DNA of 64,000 bases from an uncultured delta proteobacterium (GCA_963755715.1 CAVWLW010000043.1:113604-177603); one strand, 5' to 3'; shown: positions 50,535 to 62,520, numbered from the stretch's first letter. The notes: a model not told the origin generated them from the letters alone. Made by a program: numbers and translations.

Positions 50535-51467
50535 TTAGGCCTCGCGAAAATATTTCAGATAGATTTCTTCCAGGGTCGGATCTTCGGAGCGCAATTGGAG
50601 CAACTGCACGCCCCGGCGCGTCACCGCCGAAACTATTTCGGGGCGAACATCCGCAGTGCAGCGCAAAAACCAACCGTGCGGCCGTGTCTCGATCTCATCG
50701 ATGCCGCGGATGTTTTGCAGCTCGCGCTCTAAGCCGTCCGCGTTGCCGCTGACTTCGAGCAGAAAATTCCACTCGCGCCCCTTCAGGATCGCCTTGCCGA
50801 GGGTATCCATCTGGCCCTGAACGATCAGGCGGCCTTTGACGATAATGCCGACGCGGCTGCAGATTTGCTGAACTTGCTGCAATTGATGCGACGACAACAG
50901 GACGGTCAAGCCGTGTTCGCGGTTGAGGTCCTTGATCAGCTCGAGGATGCGGATCGCGCCGTCGGGATCGATGCCGAGGGTCGGTTCATCGAGAATGATC
51001 GCCGTGGGTTTCTTTACCAGAACTTCGGCGATGCCCAGACGCTGCTTCATGCCGCGCGAGAATTCTTTGACCAAGCGCCGGCCATCATCCGGTAGGCCGA
51101 CTTGGTCGAGCACCTGCGCGGTGCGGCGGCGCGCTTCGTCCTCGGGAATACGATTGAGCCGCGCCATGTAGAGAAGATTTTCCCGTGCGCTGATGTCGTC
51201 GTAGAAGCCGGGATTCTCCGGCAGGTAGCCGACGCGCTTTTTTACTTCCAGAGACTGGTGCGTCGGGTTGAAGCCGCAAACCGAAACTTCGCCCGCGGAG
51301 GGCTCGGTGAGGCCGAGCAACATGAGGATCGTCGTCGTTTTCCCGGCGCCGTTGGGGCCGAGAAAGCCGAAGACTTCGCCTTCCTCGACCGTCAGGCTGA
51401 GCGCGTTTACCGCGAGTTTCTCACGGTAGCGCTTGGTTAAATTCTTGGTTTCGACGACCGCGCTCAT
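50535..51467 (-). CDS. ABC transporter ATP-binding protein
   Basis: GPNGAGKTT, FSRGMKQR, ILDEPT and SSH motifs. Confidence 0.95.
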   Translation of the reverse strand: MSAVVETKNLTKRYREKLAVNALSLTVEEGEVFGFLGPNGAGKTTTILMLLGLTEPSAGEVSVCGFNPTHQSLEVKKRVGYLPENPGFYDDISARENLLYMARLNRIPEDEARRRTAQVLDQVGLPDDGRRLVKEFSRGMKQRLGIAEVLVKKPTAIILDEPTLGIDPDGAIRILELIKDLNREHGLTVLLSSHQLQQVQQICSRVGIIVKGRLIVQGQMDTLGKAILKGREWNFLLEVSGNADGLERELQNIRGIDEIETRPHGWFLRCTADVRPEIVSAVTRRGVQLLQLRSEDPTLEEIYLKYFREA

Positions 51468-52727
51468 CTGCGGCCCAAGCGGAAAAATACGACCGCCAAG
51501 CCGAGCACCACTAAAGCGACGATACCGAAGCCGACCCAGCCCCAGATCGTCGGCGTCGACACGGTGACGCGGAAGTCGGCTGACTTGGTGACGTCTGCTG
51601 AGTTGGCCGTCAGCGTCATCATATAATCGCCGGCGATGGTTCGATCCGGCGCGAGAATCTCCATTTTGATTTGGCGCACTTCGCCCGGACCGAGCGCGTC
51701 GATCTTGTCGGGTTTGAATTCGACCGTCCACTTGTCGCTCGGTTTTTTGGTGACGAAGCCAAGATTGCGGATCGGCGCCGTGCCGGCGTTGCCGACGACG
51801 AAGTCGATCGGATTCTTGGTGCCGGCGGTGACCGAAGCGTTAAGCGTGCCGGCGAGCGATCCCATCTTGAGATCTTGCGTGCCTTTGAGCGAGACTTTGA
51901 TGCTCGTCGAGGCCTCGTAAGCCCCGGCACGCGCGTTGATCGTTATCGGATACTCTTTGGCGTCCGCAGTGGCAGGGGTGTCGATCTCGACGCTAAGCGT
52001 TTCGGAGCCGTTTTCCTTGAGTTGAATCGAGGAGATTTGCTGGTCGCCGAATTGCGGTTTGAAACGCACCGCCCAGCCTTGCGGCGCCTGGGCGACTACT
52101 GACGTCGGCAGCGCCTTGTTCGTTTCGTTTTTGAGATCGATGGTGAATTTCAAGGTCTGCCCGGACCCCGAGCTGAGAACCGGATATTGACTGTTGATCT
52201 TGATGCCGCCGGTTTCAATCTTTTTCGAGGTCACGCGATAGTTGATGGTCTCGGCGTACTGGGTGCGCCCCCTTGGTGTCTTTGGCGGTTACTTTAACGG
52301 GGTAAGTTCCCGGCTTTGTGTTTTCCGGAACTTTGGCTTTGAACTCAAGGGTCGTCGATTTATTCGAGTTTTGATCTCCTCCCTGTACCATTACAGAGCG
52401 CACCGGAAAACTTGGGTACCTCGAGTTGAAATTAATGTCCCATCCCGCAGGGATGCCTTCGATCGTGAGACTTACCTCCACCGGGTCCTTGGTTCGATTG
52501 ACGACCTCCGCATCCATCGTGGCCTCTTGTCCTTGCCCCACGGTGAGGTCCTTGAATGGAAGAATCAGATTGAACGATTCCTTCGATGGGGAAGCGTCCT
52601 TGGACGCGGCAGCTGTGCCGGCGTCGGCTGCGTAGCTGTTGGCGCCAAAACCAACGGACGAGACTAAGAATAGCGCAAGCAGATACGCGAGCATGCGCCG
52701 CGGATGTTTGATAACCCCGACCCTCAT
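51464..52727 (-). CDS. Membrane-anchored Ig-like repeat protein (NPCBM-associated NEW3 type), frameshift near 52265
   Basis: Signal peptide, three approximately 100-aa beta-sandwich repeats (PAGW, PQGW, PSDKW; GTYPV, AGDY) and a C-terminal TM followed by RR. Confidence 0.8.
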
Positions 52728-52804
52728 TATCAACCCCCCGTTCACAAAAAATTGTTGGTGATACATAACCATAATCATTTTTACCGTCAAGGCCCTCCGT
52801 AAAA

Positions 52805-53257
52805 TCAAGTTTTTCCTAACTGGCGCAAACCTTCATAAAGGACGATCGAAACCGCATTGGAAAGATTCAAACTGCGCACGCCGGTGCCCAGCATCGGGAT
52901 TCGCAAGGCGCAATCCGCGTGCGCGTCCAGCAAGGACTGCGGCAAACCGCGCGTTTCCGGTCCGAACACGAGGAAATCTTCTTCCCGGTAGCGCGCCGCC
53001 GTATAGGATTTGGCCGCGCGTTTGGAAAAAAACAGCAGGTGTTCCGGCCGCATCGCCGACAAAAAATCTTCCCAGGACCCGTGCACGCGCAAGTCGACGA
53101 ATTCCCAATAATCGAGTCCGGCGCGCTTGAGATGCTTGTCGTCGATCTTGAAACCGAGGGGCTCGATCAGATGCAGCGGCGTCAAAGTCGCGGCGCACAA
53201 ACGCGCGACGCTCCCTGTATTCGGCGGTATCTCGGGTTCGAACAAGACGATTTGCAT
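52805..53257 (-). CDS. trmL: tRNA (cytidine(34)-2'-O)-methyltransferase
   Basis: PEIPPNTG, KRAGLDYW, FGPETRGL and RSLNLSN motifs. Confidence 0.95.
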   Translation of the reverse strand: MQIVLFEPEIPPNTGSVARLCAATLTPLHLIEPLGFKIDDKHLKRAGLDYWEFVDLRVHGSWEDFLSAMRPEHLLFFSKRAAKSYTAARYREEDFLVFGPETRGLPQSLLDAHADCALRIPMLGTGVRSLNLSNAVSIVLYEGLRQLGKT

Positions 53258-53259
53258 GC

Positions 53260-53697
53260 TTACGAGTCCAAGACGAAAGTAACCGGTCCATCGTTCACCA
53301 AAGACACTTGCATATGCGATTGAAAGCGGCCGGTGGCGACTCTCAGGTTCGAGTCGCGCAGCCGTTGCACAAAATATTGATAGAGCCGTTCGGCCAGCTC
53401 CGGAGCCGCCGCGTCCGAAAACGACGGTCGATTGCCTTTGCGCCAGTCGCCGCAGAGCGTAAATTGCGATACAACCATAAGCTCGCCGCCGCACTCGGCA
53501 ACGGATCGGTTCATCTTGCCTTGAGCATCGTCGAAGATCCGCAGTTTCATAATTTTATCGGCAAGAAAGTCGGCATCGCGTTCCCGGTCTTCCCTTCCGA
53601 TCCCAAGAAGAATGCAAAGGCCGGGACCGATCGCCCCAGTGATTTCCATGCCGACGGAAACGCGAGCTTCTGAGACTCTTTGAATGACGACGCGCAC
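53260..53697 (-). CDS. dtd: D-aminoacyl-tRNA deacylase
   Basis: MRVVIQRV, VSQFTL and NDGPVT motifs. Confidence 0.96.
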   Translation of the reverse strand: MRVVIQRVSEARVSVGMEITGAIGPGLCILLGIGREDRERDADFLADKIMKLRIFDDAQGKMNRSVAECGGELMVVSQFTLCGDWRKGNRPSFSDAAAPELAERLYQYFVQRLRDSNLRVATGRFQSHMQVSLVNDGPVTFVLDS

Positions 53698-53831
53698 AGG
53701 GCGATCAGTGGGGTCTCGAAACGGGAGGCGGCGCGATGCAAGAAGAAGAAACGTTTCTGCCGTAACCTTCTGGTATTTTCATCTGTCTAGTAAACTGTTA
53801 ACAGAGATTTGCACGGGTCACAACAGATTAC

Positions 53832-54590
53832 ATGGTCAATATTCCGATGGGCTTTTCGCCACCTCTCATGCGCGCAATATTTATTTTGCTTGGCCTGATT
53901 CTCACCGCGGCAGACAGTGGCGACGCGCAGCGGCTTGACAGCAGCGGAGCGTTTGCTGAGACGGCAGCGATTCAAGGGCGGGTCAGCATCAGTGGAGCTC
54001 AGCAAAAATTAAAACCGCTGCCGGTTTTCAAAAGCCGTGCGTTTTGCGGCGCGACGGTGCGCAACGAAACCTTGCTGATCGGTGCTGACGGCGGAGTGGA
54101 AAACGCCGTGGTTCTTCTGCGCCCGCTCGGCCGAAAAACCACCGTCGAGCCGGAAGCGATCACTCTCGACAATAAGCAGTGCGCATTCACGCCCCATGTG
54201 CAGATCGCCACGCTCGGCAGCGAACTGTTGCTAAAAAATAGCGATCCGATTCTTCACACCGTGCACGCGCGCATGGGCAATGAGACGTTGTTCAATGTCG
54301 GGCTGCCAAAATGGCGCCGGGTGATGAAACGGCTCGATCGCGCCGGCGTGATCCGCATCCATTGCGACGTTCTTCACACTTGGATGAGCGCCGCCATCGT
54401 GGTTACGGACACGCCCTATTTTGCGCTGACCGATAAGAGCGGCCACTTCAAGCTCGATCAGTTGCCGGCCGGCGAGTATGACATCGAAGTATGGCATGAA
54501 CGTTTGGGCGCGCGACAACAGCGGCTTGTCGTAAGCGTCCATGGAAGCGCTCACGTCGAGGTGATCTATAGTCGAGAAAAACCGAGCTGA
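53832..54590 (+). CDS. Exported protein with cupredoxin-like and carboxypeptidase-regulatory-like domains
   Basis: QCAFTPHV, NSDPILHTVH, CDVLHTWMSA and PAGEY..WHE motifs. Confidence 0.75.
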   Translation: MVNIPMGFSPPLMRAIFILLGLILTAADSGDAQRLDSSGAFAETAAIQGRVSISGAQQKLKPLPVFKSRAFCGATVRNETLLIGADGGVENAVVLLRPLGRKTTVEPEAITLDNKQCAFTPHVQIATLGSELLLKNSDPILHTVHARMGNETLFNVGLPKWRRVMKRLDRAGVIRIHCDVLHTWMSAAIVVTDTPYFALTDKSGHFKLDQLPAGEYDIEVWHERLGARQQRLVVSVHGSAHVEVIYSREKPS

Positions 54591-54631
54591 TGCTGCATTC
54601 CGTCCAAGGTTCTGTTAATTTCAGTTAGGCG

Positions 54632-55432
54632 ATGTATCCGATTCTCTTTCAATTCGGTCCGATCACCATCTATAGCTTCGGCGCGTTCATGGCGTTGGCG
54701 GCGTTGTCCGCTGCCTGGGTCGTGAGCTTGGAACTCAAGCGGCGCGGCTACAATCCGGAACTCGCTTCGACGATGGTCTTCGCCGCCGCCATCGGCGGGC
54801 TCATCGGCGCGCGGCTTCTCTTCATCGTCGAAGAGTGGCAGAACTTTCTCGCCGCGCCCTTGAATTATATTTTGACCGGCGCCGGCTTTACCTGGTACGG
54901 CGGCCTTTTCGGCGGCGTCATCGCGGTCTCCTGGGTGGTGAAGAAAAATAAGATCCCTTGGTTGGTCGGAGCGGACATCGGGGGCCTCGCGCTGGCTGTT
55001 GCTTACGGTGTCGGTCGCATCGGCTGCCACGTCGCCGGCGACGGCGATTGGGGCACCGTCACCGACGTGCCGTGGGGCGTGGCTTATACCAATGCGATCA
55101 TCGGTTGGGTCGATCCTTCGACGGGTGTTCCTTATCCGCCGGGCACGCGCGTGCATCCGACGCCGATCTACGAGTTTTTGGAATCTTTGTTCATCTTCGC
55201 CATTCTCTGGTCGCTCAGGAAAAAAAACTATGCGCCGGGAACCCTCGCCTGGCTCTATTTGATCCTCGCCGGCATGGCTCGCTTCGCCGTCGAATTCTGG
55301 CGCGTAAATCCAATCGTCGCTTTTGGCTTGTCCGAGGCACAGTTGATCAGCCTATTGCTGATGGTGCTCGGGCTGTCGCTCTTGTTCGTGCAGCCGGGTG
55401 CGTCCAAAGCTCGCCTTGAAAAAGCAAAGTGA
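54632..55432 (+). CDS. lgt: Prolipoprotein diacylglyceryl transferase
   Basis: GARL, WYGG, GRIGC, HPTPIYE and RFAVEFWR motifs. Confidence 0.93.
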   Translation: MYPILFQFGPITIYSFGAFMALAALSAAWVVSLELKRRGYNPELASTMVFAAAIGGLIGARLLFIVEEWQNFLAAPLNYILTGAGFTWYGGLFGGVIAVSWVVKKNKIPWLVGADIGGLALAVAYGVGRIGCHVAGDGDWGTVTDVPWGVAYTNAIIGWVDPSTGVPYPPGTRVHPTPIYEFLESLFIFAILWSLRKKNYAPGTLAWLYLILAGMARFAVEFWRVNPIVAFGLSEAQLISLLLMVLGLSLLFVQPGASKARLEKAK

Positions 55433-55537
55433 CGAAGCAGCAGCAAACGTGATTTCGACCCTTCGAGCATTCCCAAAACATGGAAGTTTTCCACCTCTAT
55501 GATTAATCGTTTCGAACACAGCGAAGCGAGTGAGGCC

Positions 55538-55582
55538 GACACGCCATTGGCACTGGGCGTCGCGCTGAAGATTGCCAACTAG
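55538..55582 (+). pseudogene. 3' remnant of a paralog of the 56026..56586 gene
   Basis: DTPLALGVALKIAN* compared with ETPLPLGMALKVAK in the downstream ORF. Confidence 0.5.
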
Positions 55583-55630
55583 GAATCGAAGTCAGTCAGA
55601 CAAGAAATTTCCCGAGATGCAAAACAGACT

Positions 55631-55653
55631 TGAGGTGCCGAATCGGCACCTCA
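55631..55653. terminator. Hairpin, terminator-like
   Basis: TGAGGTGCCG-AAT-CGGCACCTCA, a perfect 10-bp stem. Confidence 0.6.
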
Positions 55654-56025
55654 GGCTGATTGCCCTCATTGCGACATTTTGAGAATTCTCGAAACGTGGA
55701 AGTTCCCACGCCCGCGTCCGACAATCATGGTTCTTTCCCTGCATGCCCCAGTGTTTCTTCCGCGTTTCCGCTATTCTAATTTCGCGTTCACCCTTGTCCC
55801 GAATTCGAGGTTCCCTTGCTAGAGCGCTATCGGAACTATATATAGAATCATCCTAGATTCTTCGTTCATTTTAATGGCGCGTAAGAGGAGATAGAAAACC
55901 GGGCCAGACAAAGGCAACGGCGGTATGGAGTCCGGCGCCGGTTTCACGGCGCCGGTATTTTCGCTATCGGACCCTCCCTCTTCCAAAATCCAAAGGCTAT
56001 CAAAAGCCTGATCAAGGAGAAAATT

Positions 56026-56586
56026 ATGAATCCCATGTTTATCGTTGCCATTCCCTTAGTGCTGGTGATCATCGGCATGGTGCTGAACAGCATCGGCCTT
56101 TCATTCGATCAGCCGTCGAGTTCAGGGGAGCAAGATCCAGCAAAGAGAGCCGCGTTGGAAGCGGAAACTTTTCGTCGTTTCTTCGATACACAGAGAAAGC
56201 AAGCTGTGCAACGGCAGAAAAGGGTCGGCCAGTATGCCTGGCTGCTTATCATCGCCATTATCGGTTCCTTCATCTGGCTGTATAATTACACCATCAACAA
56301 AACCGTCGCCTCGAGCCAAATTGCCACGCTTCAGACAATGCCGATGGAAGATGGGAAGGATATGGTTCTCGCAGTCACGCTCAAGGACGGCAGCAGCGCC
56401 AAATACCGCATTCAAACTCCCGCGGCCAATACTTTGGATGCCGCCACGAAGGAAAGCGTATCGAAGCAAAAAGTCTCGAATTACGATCTTGAACAAGCCG
56501 GCACGATCCAAAGCATCGGCGAAACCCCATTGCCGCTCGGCATGGCGCTGAAAGTAGCCAAAGACGCGACGGTCAAAAAAGACTGA
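56026..56586 (+). CDS. Hypothetical membrane protein (two TM segments)
   Basis: AAGGAG RBS, two hydrophobic segments and an extracytoplasmic C-terminus. Confidence 0.75.
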   Translation: MNPMFIVAIPLVLVIIGMVLNSIGLSFDQPSSSGEQDPAKRAALEAETFRRFFDTQRKQAVQRQKRVGQYAWLLIIAIIGSFIWLYNYTINKTVASSQIATLQTMPMEDGKDMVLAVTLKDGSSAKYRIQTPAANTLDAATKESVSKQKVSNYDLEQAGTIQSIGETPLPLGMALKVAKDATVKKD

Positions 56587-56907
56587 CCGTCCCGCATTAA
56601 TATTTCCACTTCGCCCAGCGCGCCGACTACGGCGCCTGGGCCACTGCAATCTCCCCCCACGAATCACGATCACGTCTTTTATTTTTTATCCTTTCGCCTT
56701 TATCCTTTCTAAAACCCACGTCCACGATCACGGTTTTTTCCTTTTACAAACCCGCCAAATCTAATACACTACGAAAAATTTTGGCCAAGTTCGGTACGAC
56801 CGTCCCGCCAGACTGCCGCGCAAGCGCGCCATAGATTTTTCCATTCCGGCAGACTTTGAGTTTTTAACAATGCGACCAAGCCGTAAGACAGAATAACCAA
56901 TCAGCAA

Positions 56908-59786
56908 ATGCCCGACCCCGAACAACTCGCCCGACAAGAAATCGATGCACTACTCGGCCCTTGCGGTTGGGTGGTGCAGGACAAAAGCGCGGTGAATCTC
57001 GCGGCCTCGCGCGGAGTCGCCGTGCGCGAGCTTTCCTTCAAAGGCGGCGAGCCTGATTACACGCTCTTTGTCGACGGCAAAGCCATCGGCACGATCGAGG
57101 CCAAACCCGCTGGGCATTCACTGACCGGCGTCGAAGAGCAGTCCGAGAAGTACGTGAAAGGGGTGCCCTTCGGGATTCCCGCCTGGCGCTCGCCGCTGCC
57201 TTTCTCCTACGAGTCCACCGGCACGGAAACGCGCTTCACTAATCGTCTCGATCCCGTGCCGCGCAGCCGCAACGTCTTCGCGTTTCACCGTCCTGAGACT
57301 TTGCTCGCATGGGTGGAAAACGACGCGCCTCCGCAAGCCGTCGAACACGATCGCCGAATACGCCAACCGCAACGGCAACTTTCTCAGCCGGATCCAGCAC
57401 ATGCCGCCGCTGATCGACGACATTTGGCCGCCCAAGCCGCAGGCGATCATGAATATCGAGCAATCCTTGCGCGACAACCGGCCGCGCTCGCTCGTGCAGA
57501 TGGCCACCGGCTCCGGCAAAACGCTGCTCGCGATTGTCTTGAGCTACCGTCTGATCAAGTTCGCCGGCGCCAAGCGCGTGCTGTTTTTGGTCGACCGCGG
57601 CAACCTGGGGAAACAGACGCTCAAAGAGTTTCAGCAGTATGTGTCGCCCTACAACAACTATAAATTTCACGAGGAGTACGTCCTCCAGCGCTTGACCTCG
57701 AATACGCTCGACACCACCGCGAAGGTTTGCATCGGCACGATCCAGCGCCTCTATTCGATGCTCAAGGGACAGGAGCTTGATGAGGAGGCCGACGAGCGCT
57801 CGGTTCAGGGTTTGGAATCGCTCTTCAAGGAAGCTCCGCCGATCGAATACAACCCGGCATTCCCGATCGACACTTTCGATATCATCATCACCGACGAGTG
57901 CCACCGCTCGATCTACAATCTCTGGCGCCAGGTGCTGGAATACTTCGACGCCCATCTGATCGGCCTCACCGCGACCCCGTCGAAGCAGACCTTCGGCTTT
58001 TTCAATCAGAACCTGGTGATGGAGTACAACCACGAGCGGGCGGTCGCCGACGGCGTCAACGTCAACTACGACGTCTATCGCATCCAGACCGAGATCACCG
58101 CCCAAGGCGCCAAGATCGACGCCGGCTTCTACGTCGACAAGCGCGATCGCCAGACGCGCAAGAAGCGCTGGGAGCAACTCGACGACGACTTTCAATACGA
58201 CGCCAACCAGCTCGACCGCGACGTGGTCGCCGAGGACCAGATCCGCACGGTGATGCAGACCTTTCGAGACAAGCTCTTCACGGAAATCTTTCCCGGACGC
58301 GACCAAGTGCCCAAGACCCTGATCTTCGCCAAAGACGACTCCCACGCCGACGATATCGTGCGCATCTGCCGCGAGGTTTTCGACAAAGGCAACGACTTCT
58401 GCCAAAAAATAACTTACCGCACCGGGTTCATGCGCGATGTCGAGAAGAAAATCGGAGCCGATGGGAAGGAGATCGAGGAAGTCGTCTGGAAAAAAGTCTC
58501 GAATCTCTCGCCGGACCAAATTCTCCAGGCCTTCCGCAACAGCTACAACCCGCGCATCGCCGTCACCGTCGACATGATCGCCACCGGCACCGACGTTAAG
58601 CCGTTGGAGATCGTCTTCTTCATGCGCTCGGTCAGATCGCGCGGTTACTTCGAGCAGATGAAGGGCAGGGGCGTGCGCGTGATCTCGGAAACCGAGATGG
58701 AGCAGGTCAATCCCGGCATCAAGCGCAAGAACCGCTTCGTGATCATCGACGCCGTCGGCGTGTGCGAACAGCGATCTGACCGACTCCCGCCCGCTGGAGA
58801 AAAAGCGCACGGTGACGTTCGACAAGCTGCTCGACGCCATCGCCCTCGGCAATCGCGAACCGGAAGTGCTCGAAAGCCTCGCCGGACGGCTCGTGCGATT
58901 GGAGAAGCGCTTCGACGAAGCGCTTGCTGCTGAAGTGCGCAGTACCGCGAAGGGCCAGACGCTTTGCCAGATCGCGCAAACTCTGCTCACCGCGACCAAT
59001 CCCGACAATGTCGAAACCAAAGCCAAGGAAGGCAAAGATCCATACTATCAACCGACGGACAAAGACTTGCAGACTGCGCAAGCGAAACTGATGCAGGAAG
59101 CCGTCGCGCCGCTGGCGAGCAATCCCGCGCTGCGCCAGCTCTTGATCAAGGTCCATCAAACCAGCGAGCAGGTGATCGACGTGATCACCCGCGACCGCGT
59201 GCTCTTCGCCGGCGCGTCGCAGCAAACGACGCAGAACGCCGAGCAAGTCATCACTTCGTTCCGCGACTACATCGAAAAGCACAAAGCCGAGATCACCGCG
59301 CTCCAGCTTCTCTACAGCCGGCCGTATCGTCACCGGCTCACCGAACCGATGCTCAAAGAGCTGGAGAAAAAGCTCCGCGAACAACACGCCGCCTGGACCG
59401 AAGACCGCCTCTGGGACGCCTTCGCCGCCGTCGCGCCGAAGAAAGTCAAAGGACGATCCCAAGCCGGCCGCTTCGCCGACCTCGTCGCCCTCGTCCGCTT
59501 CGCGCTCGAACGCGAGCAGGTTCTTGAGCCTTTTGCCCAGACGGTCAATCAGCGCTTCATCGAGTGGATCGAAAGAAACATCGCCAAGGATATTATGTTC
59601 ACTCCCGAACAGCGCGCCTGGCTCGAACTCATCCGCGACCACATCGCCACGGCCATCAGCATCGAGCCAAACGATTTCAACTATGCGCCGTTCAGCCAGC
59701 GAGGCGGCTTGGGTAAAGCGCATCAGCTTTTCGGTACGGAGCTTCCGAAGTTGCTGGATGAACTCAACGAGGTATTGGCGGCGTGA
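56908..59786 (+). CDS. hsdR: Type I restriction enzyme R subunit (EcoEI-like), frameshifts near 57335 and 58775
   Basis: PDY..IEAK nuclease motif, QMATGSGKT, DECHRSIY, GLTATP, IATGTD, QMKGRG and an EcoEI-type C-terminus ELNEVLAA. Confidence 0.93.
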
Positions 59787-61309
59787 GTGAGCTCGGAACA
59801 GACTTCTGCAGCTCGATCGGTTGGCCGATGCACGTTGAGCGATGTTACTCAAGGTCACGTCACGGCAAAGACGACTCGTCTCGAGTACTGACACGAGACT
59901 GGCGTGCGCGGTCGATTCTGCGGTCGACGAATCTGAGCGTGGAGTTATCATACCATCTCAGACTTACGTCTTTGACGAATGAGGCCGATCGCTTATGCAG
60001 CTCGGTCGGAAAGCGATGACTGTAGTGCCCCGCATTGCTGGCGCATCGGCACCGTGCGTGAGTCATCGAGACCGATCAATTGACTAAGTCTGCGTTGACA
60101 AGATCAGTCGGTTCTGTCCCAATACCTTCGTTGCCATATCTAGAAACAGTCGAACTAGCGTCGGCATGACCGTTACAGACCGCTGTAATCCAGGCATGGT
60201 GACTCGCGGCAGGACTAGCAACGCATCGGTAAGTGCAACGTTCCTGATTCCACCGTCGACGAACAGCGCGAGATCGTGGCGGAGATCGAGAAGCAATTCA
60301 CGCGGCTGGAGGCGGGAGTCGCGGGCTTGCGGCGCGTGCAGGCCAACCTCAAACGCTACCGCGCCGCCGTCCTCAAAGCCGCCTGCGAAGGCAAACTCGT
60401 CCCCACCGAAGCCGAACTCGCCCGCCAAGAAGGCCGCACCTACGAAACCGGCGCCCAACTTCTCGAACGCATCCTCACCGAACGCCGCCAGAAATGGAAC
60501 GGAAAGGGGAACTCGCCACGGAGCCTGGCGAAGTGTCGAATACAACGGGTCTGCTGCGCGACTAAAGGTTCCGAAGGGTGGACATTGAGGCCTCAGCTGA
60601 GCCGCTTTACTAAGGCCGGTCGGCGGATACGATTTGAAGGAGGAAATCATGAACGAATCACGCCTCAAGTGCTAAAGTTCGCAGACTTCGTGTGGGCACC
60701 CATTCATTACGTCGACGAGGTCAACAATTTCATATTGAGTAGATGAGTGGAAAGGTTTCAGGAGAGTTGTTAATAAATTGAAAGAGGCTTTGCACAGCCA
60801 GGTGACGTTATTCTCACTCATAAAGGCAGCCGGAAGAAGGAAGAGTACGGCTATTAGCATTAATGAACACGGAATGTGTTCCTGTTGAACCAGCGAATAG
60901 CACGACTATCGCTAGCAAGAGAACGGTATTCTACCCGCGATTCCTTCGAAATCGCCATGCAATCTAAAGACTTTCGGAAACAGTTCTTTTCATCGACTCG
61001 GGGAGGTCGACAAGCGAAACCATCGGGATAATTCTCCCCAGTGATCAATAGTCGATTTTCATATTGGACCGCCCTTGGCCGAACAACAACGTATAGTCGT
61101 CGAAGTGGATCGCCGCTTAAGCGTAATGGAGGAGTGGAGGCGGTCGTGAACGCCAACCTTCAGCGCGCCCCGCCTCCGCCAGTCGATTTTACAGCGAGCC
61201 TTTGAGGGAAAGCACTCTCGATCACCCGGAAACCGACCAATATCGTTACCCATCACAAGAAGTTCCCCTCGCTTCCGAGCCGAAAGCCCTTCGGGAGGTG
61301 CGGCGAGTA
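59783..61309 (+). CDS. hsdS: Type I R-M specificity subunit (many indels)
   Basis: Two conserved helices: EQREIVAEIEKQFTRL..YRAAVLKAACEGKL and PPLAEQQRIV..DRRLS..LRQSILQRAFEG. The TRDs are unreadable. Confidence 0.85.
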
Positions 61310-61315
61310 AGCAAA

Positions 61316-62520
61316 ATGAAATTGGTCCCAGAGATTAGCGACAGAGATGCGCATAAAGAATTTCGCACATTCTTGGAGATTACCGGTCAAAGCAAGTGGG
61401 AACAAAAATTGCCAAACTCAAATTCCTGCCATTGTTCCCTTCGCCAAGTCCAAATGCCTATTCCAGTATTTGGCGGGCCGCCATCCCTTAGTTAATCATA
61501 TCGAACAGTACCTGGATTTGGAAGCGGCACGGAAAATTACTGCGAAAGCATGCTACTCCCGAGCTGATGAAAGCATGTGGGTATCTAAAAGTGATTAATG
61601 CGCTTTTTTATCACAGTAATTCGGCGATGCGCACAAAGTTACACGCGATTGTAGATGATGATGATACGACAAGATCATTTTTGTTCGACTAGATATGGCC
61701 ATACATTTTTCGCCGTGGCTATGACATCGAATTCGTCGACTTGTGGGATTCAGGAACGATTCGATTTCTTGGTGTCCGATGGTCAAACGGTGCTAGAAGT
61801 TGAATGTAAGACAAAGAGCGTCGATGCCGGACGGAAAATAACTAGGCCAAATTTTTATCTGCTATGCGACGTGCTCGCTGCAGAACTGGCACCGCTTACT
61901 GAGAGCGTTGCGGTATTGTTTAAATGCGATGGCCGTTTGAGCGGAGATCAGGAACTGTTTCATTCTGTCGCTGACAAGATAAAGGCCTGTAAAGTCTCGC
62001 CTCGTGTAGGGCAAGTGAGCACATTGCACTTTGAGGCTCGATATTCTCCGGCTGGACTCCAGATTCGAACGGAAGAGGAGGAGCGGGTGCTCTCGGCCCG
62101 CATTTCGTGCCCGCGGCTCATTATCTGGTGTTGAGTAATCGTGAGACCCTGATTGTTCCGCTGCGAAAGCACCGATCGAAACCGGGTTTTGAAGTCCATA
62201 TACGAAGATTTGAAGCGCGGCGCGAATCAGTTTTCGAAAAGCCGGCCTGGGCCAGAGCCTGCCAGCTTGAGGATATCGAGGACAATGATTGGAACCAGCT
62301 TCAAGGTGAAACGGGTTTGGCGGCAATGACTGCACGTCTTCTAGAATCGTCCGATAGGCGACATGTGAATTTTGCCGTATATAGCTCAGACCGGACACCA
62401 CCGAAGAAAGAACGTGCGGTCACGAGCTTTTCTGCGACAAATCTCTGGTTCTCGAACAGCGCTCCCACTTTTCCGGTCCCCATAACCTTTTTGAAGCCGA
62501 AGCGCGGAACAGAGACTTAG
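61316..62520 (+). CDS. Hypothetical PD-(D/E)xK-like protein inserted between hsdS and hsdM (indels)
   Basis: FDFLVSDGQTVLEVECK motif; lower GC; the ORF fragments join to about 400 aa. Confidence 0.6.

Noticed and set aside
1395-52727. Frameshifts as programmed frameshifting or phase variation
   Set aside because: Indels are scattered over unrelated genes without consistent slippery or SSR motifs; sequencing error is more parsimonious.
55433-56900. tRNA or att site of an integrative element
   Set aside because: No cloverleaf, T-loop motif, direct repeat or integrase was recognised.
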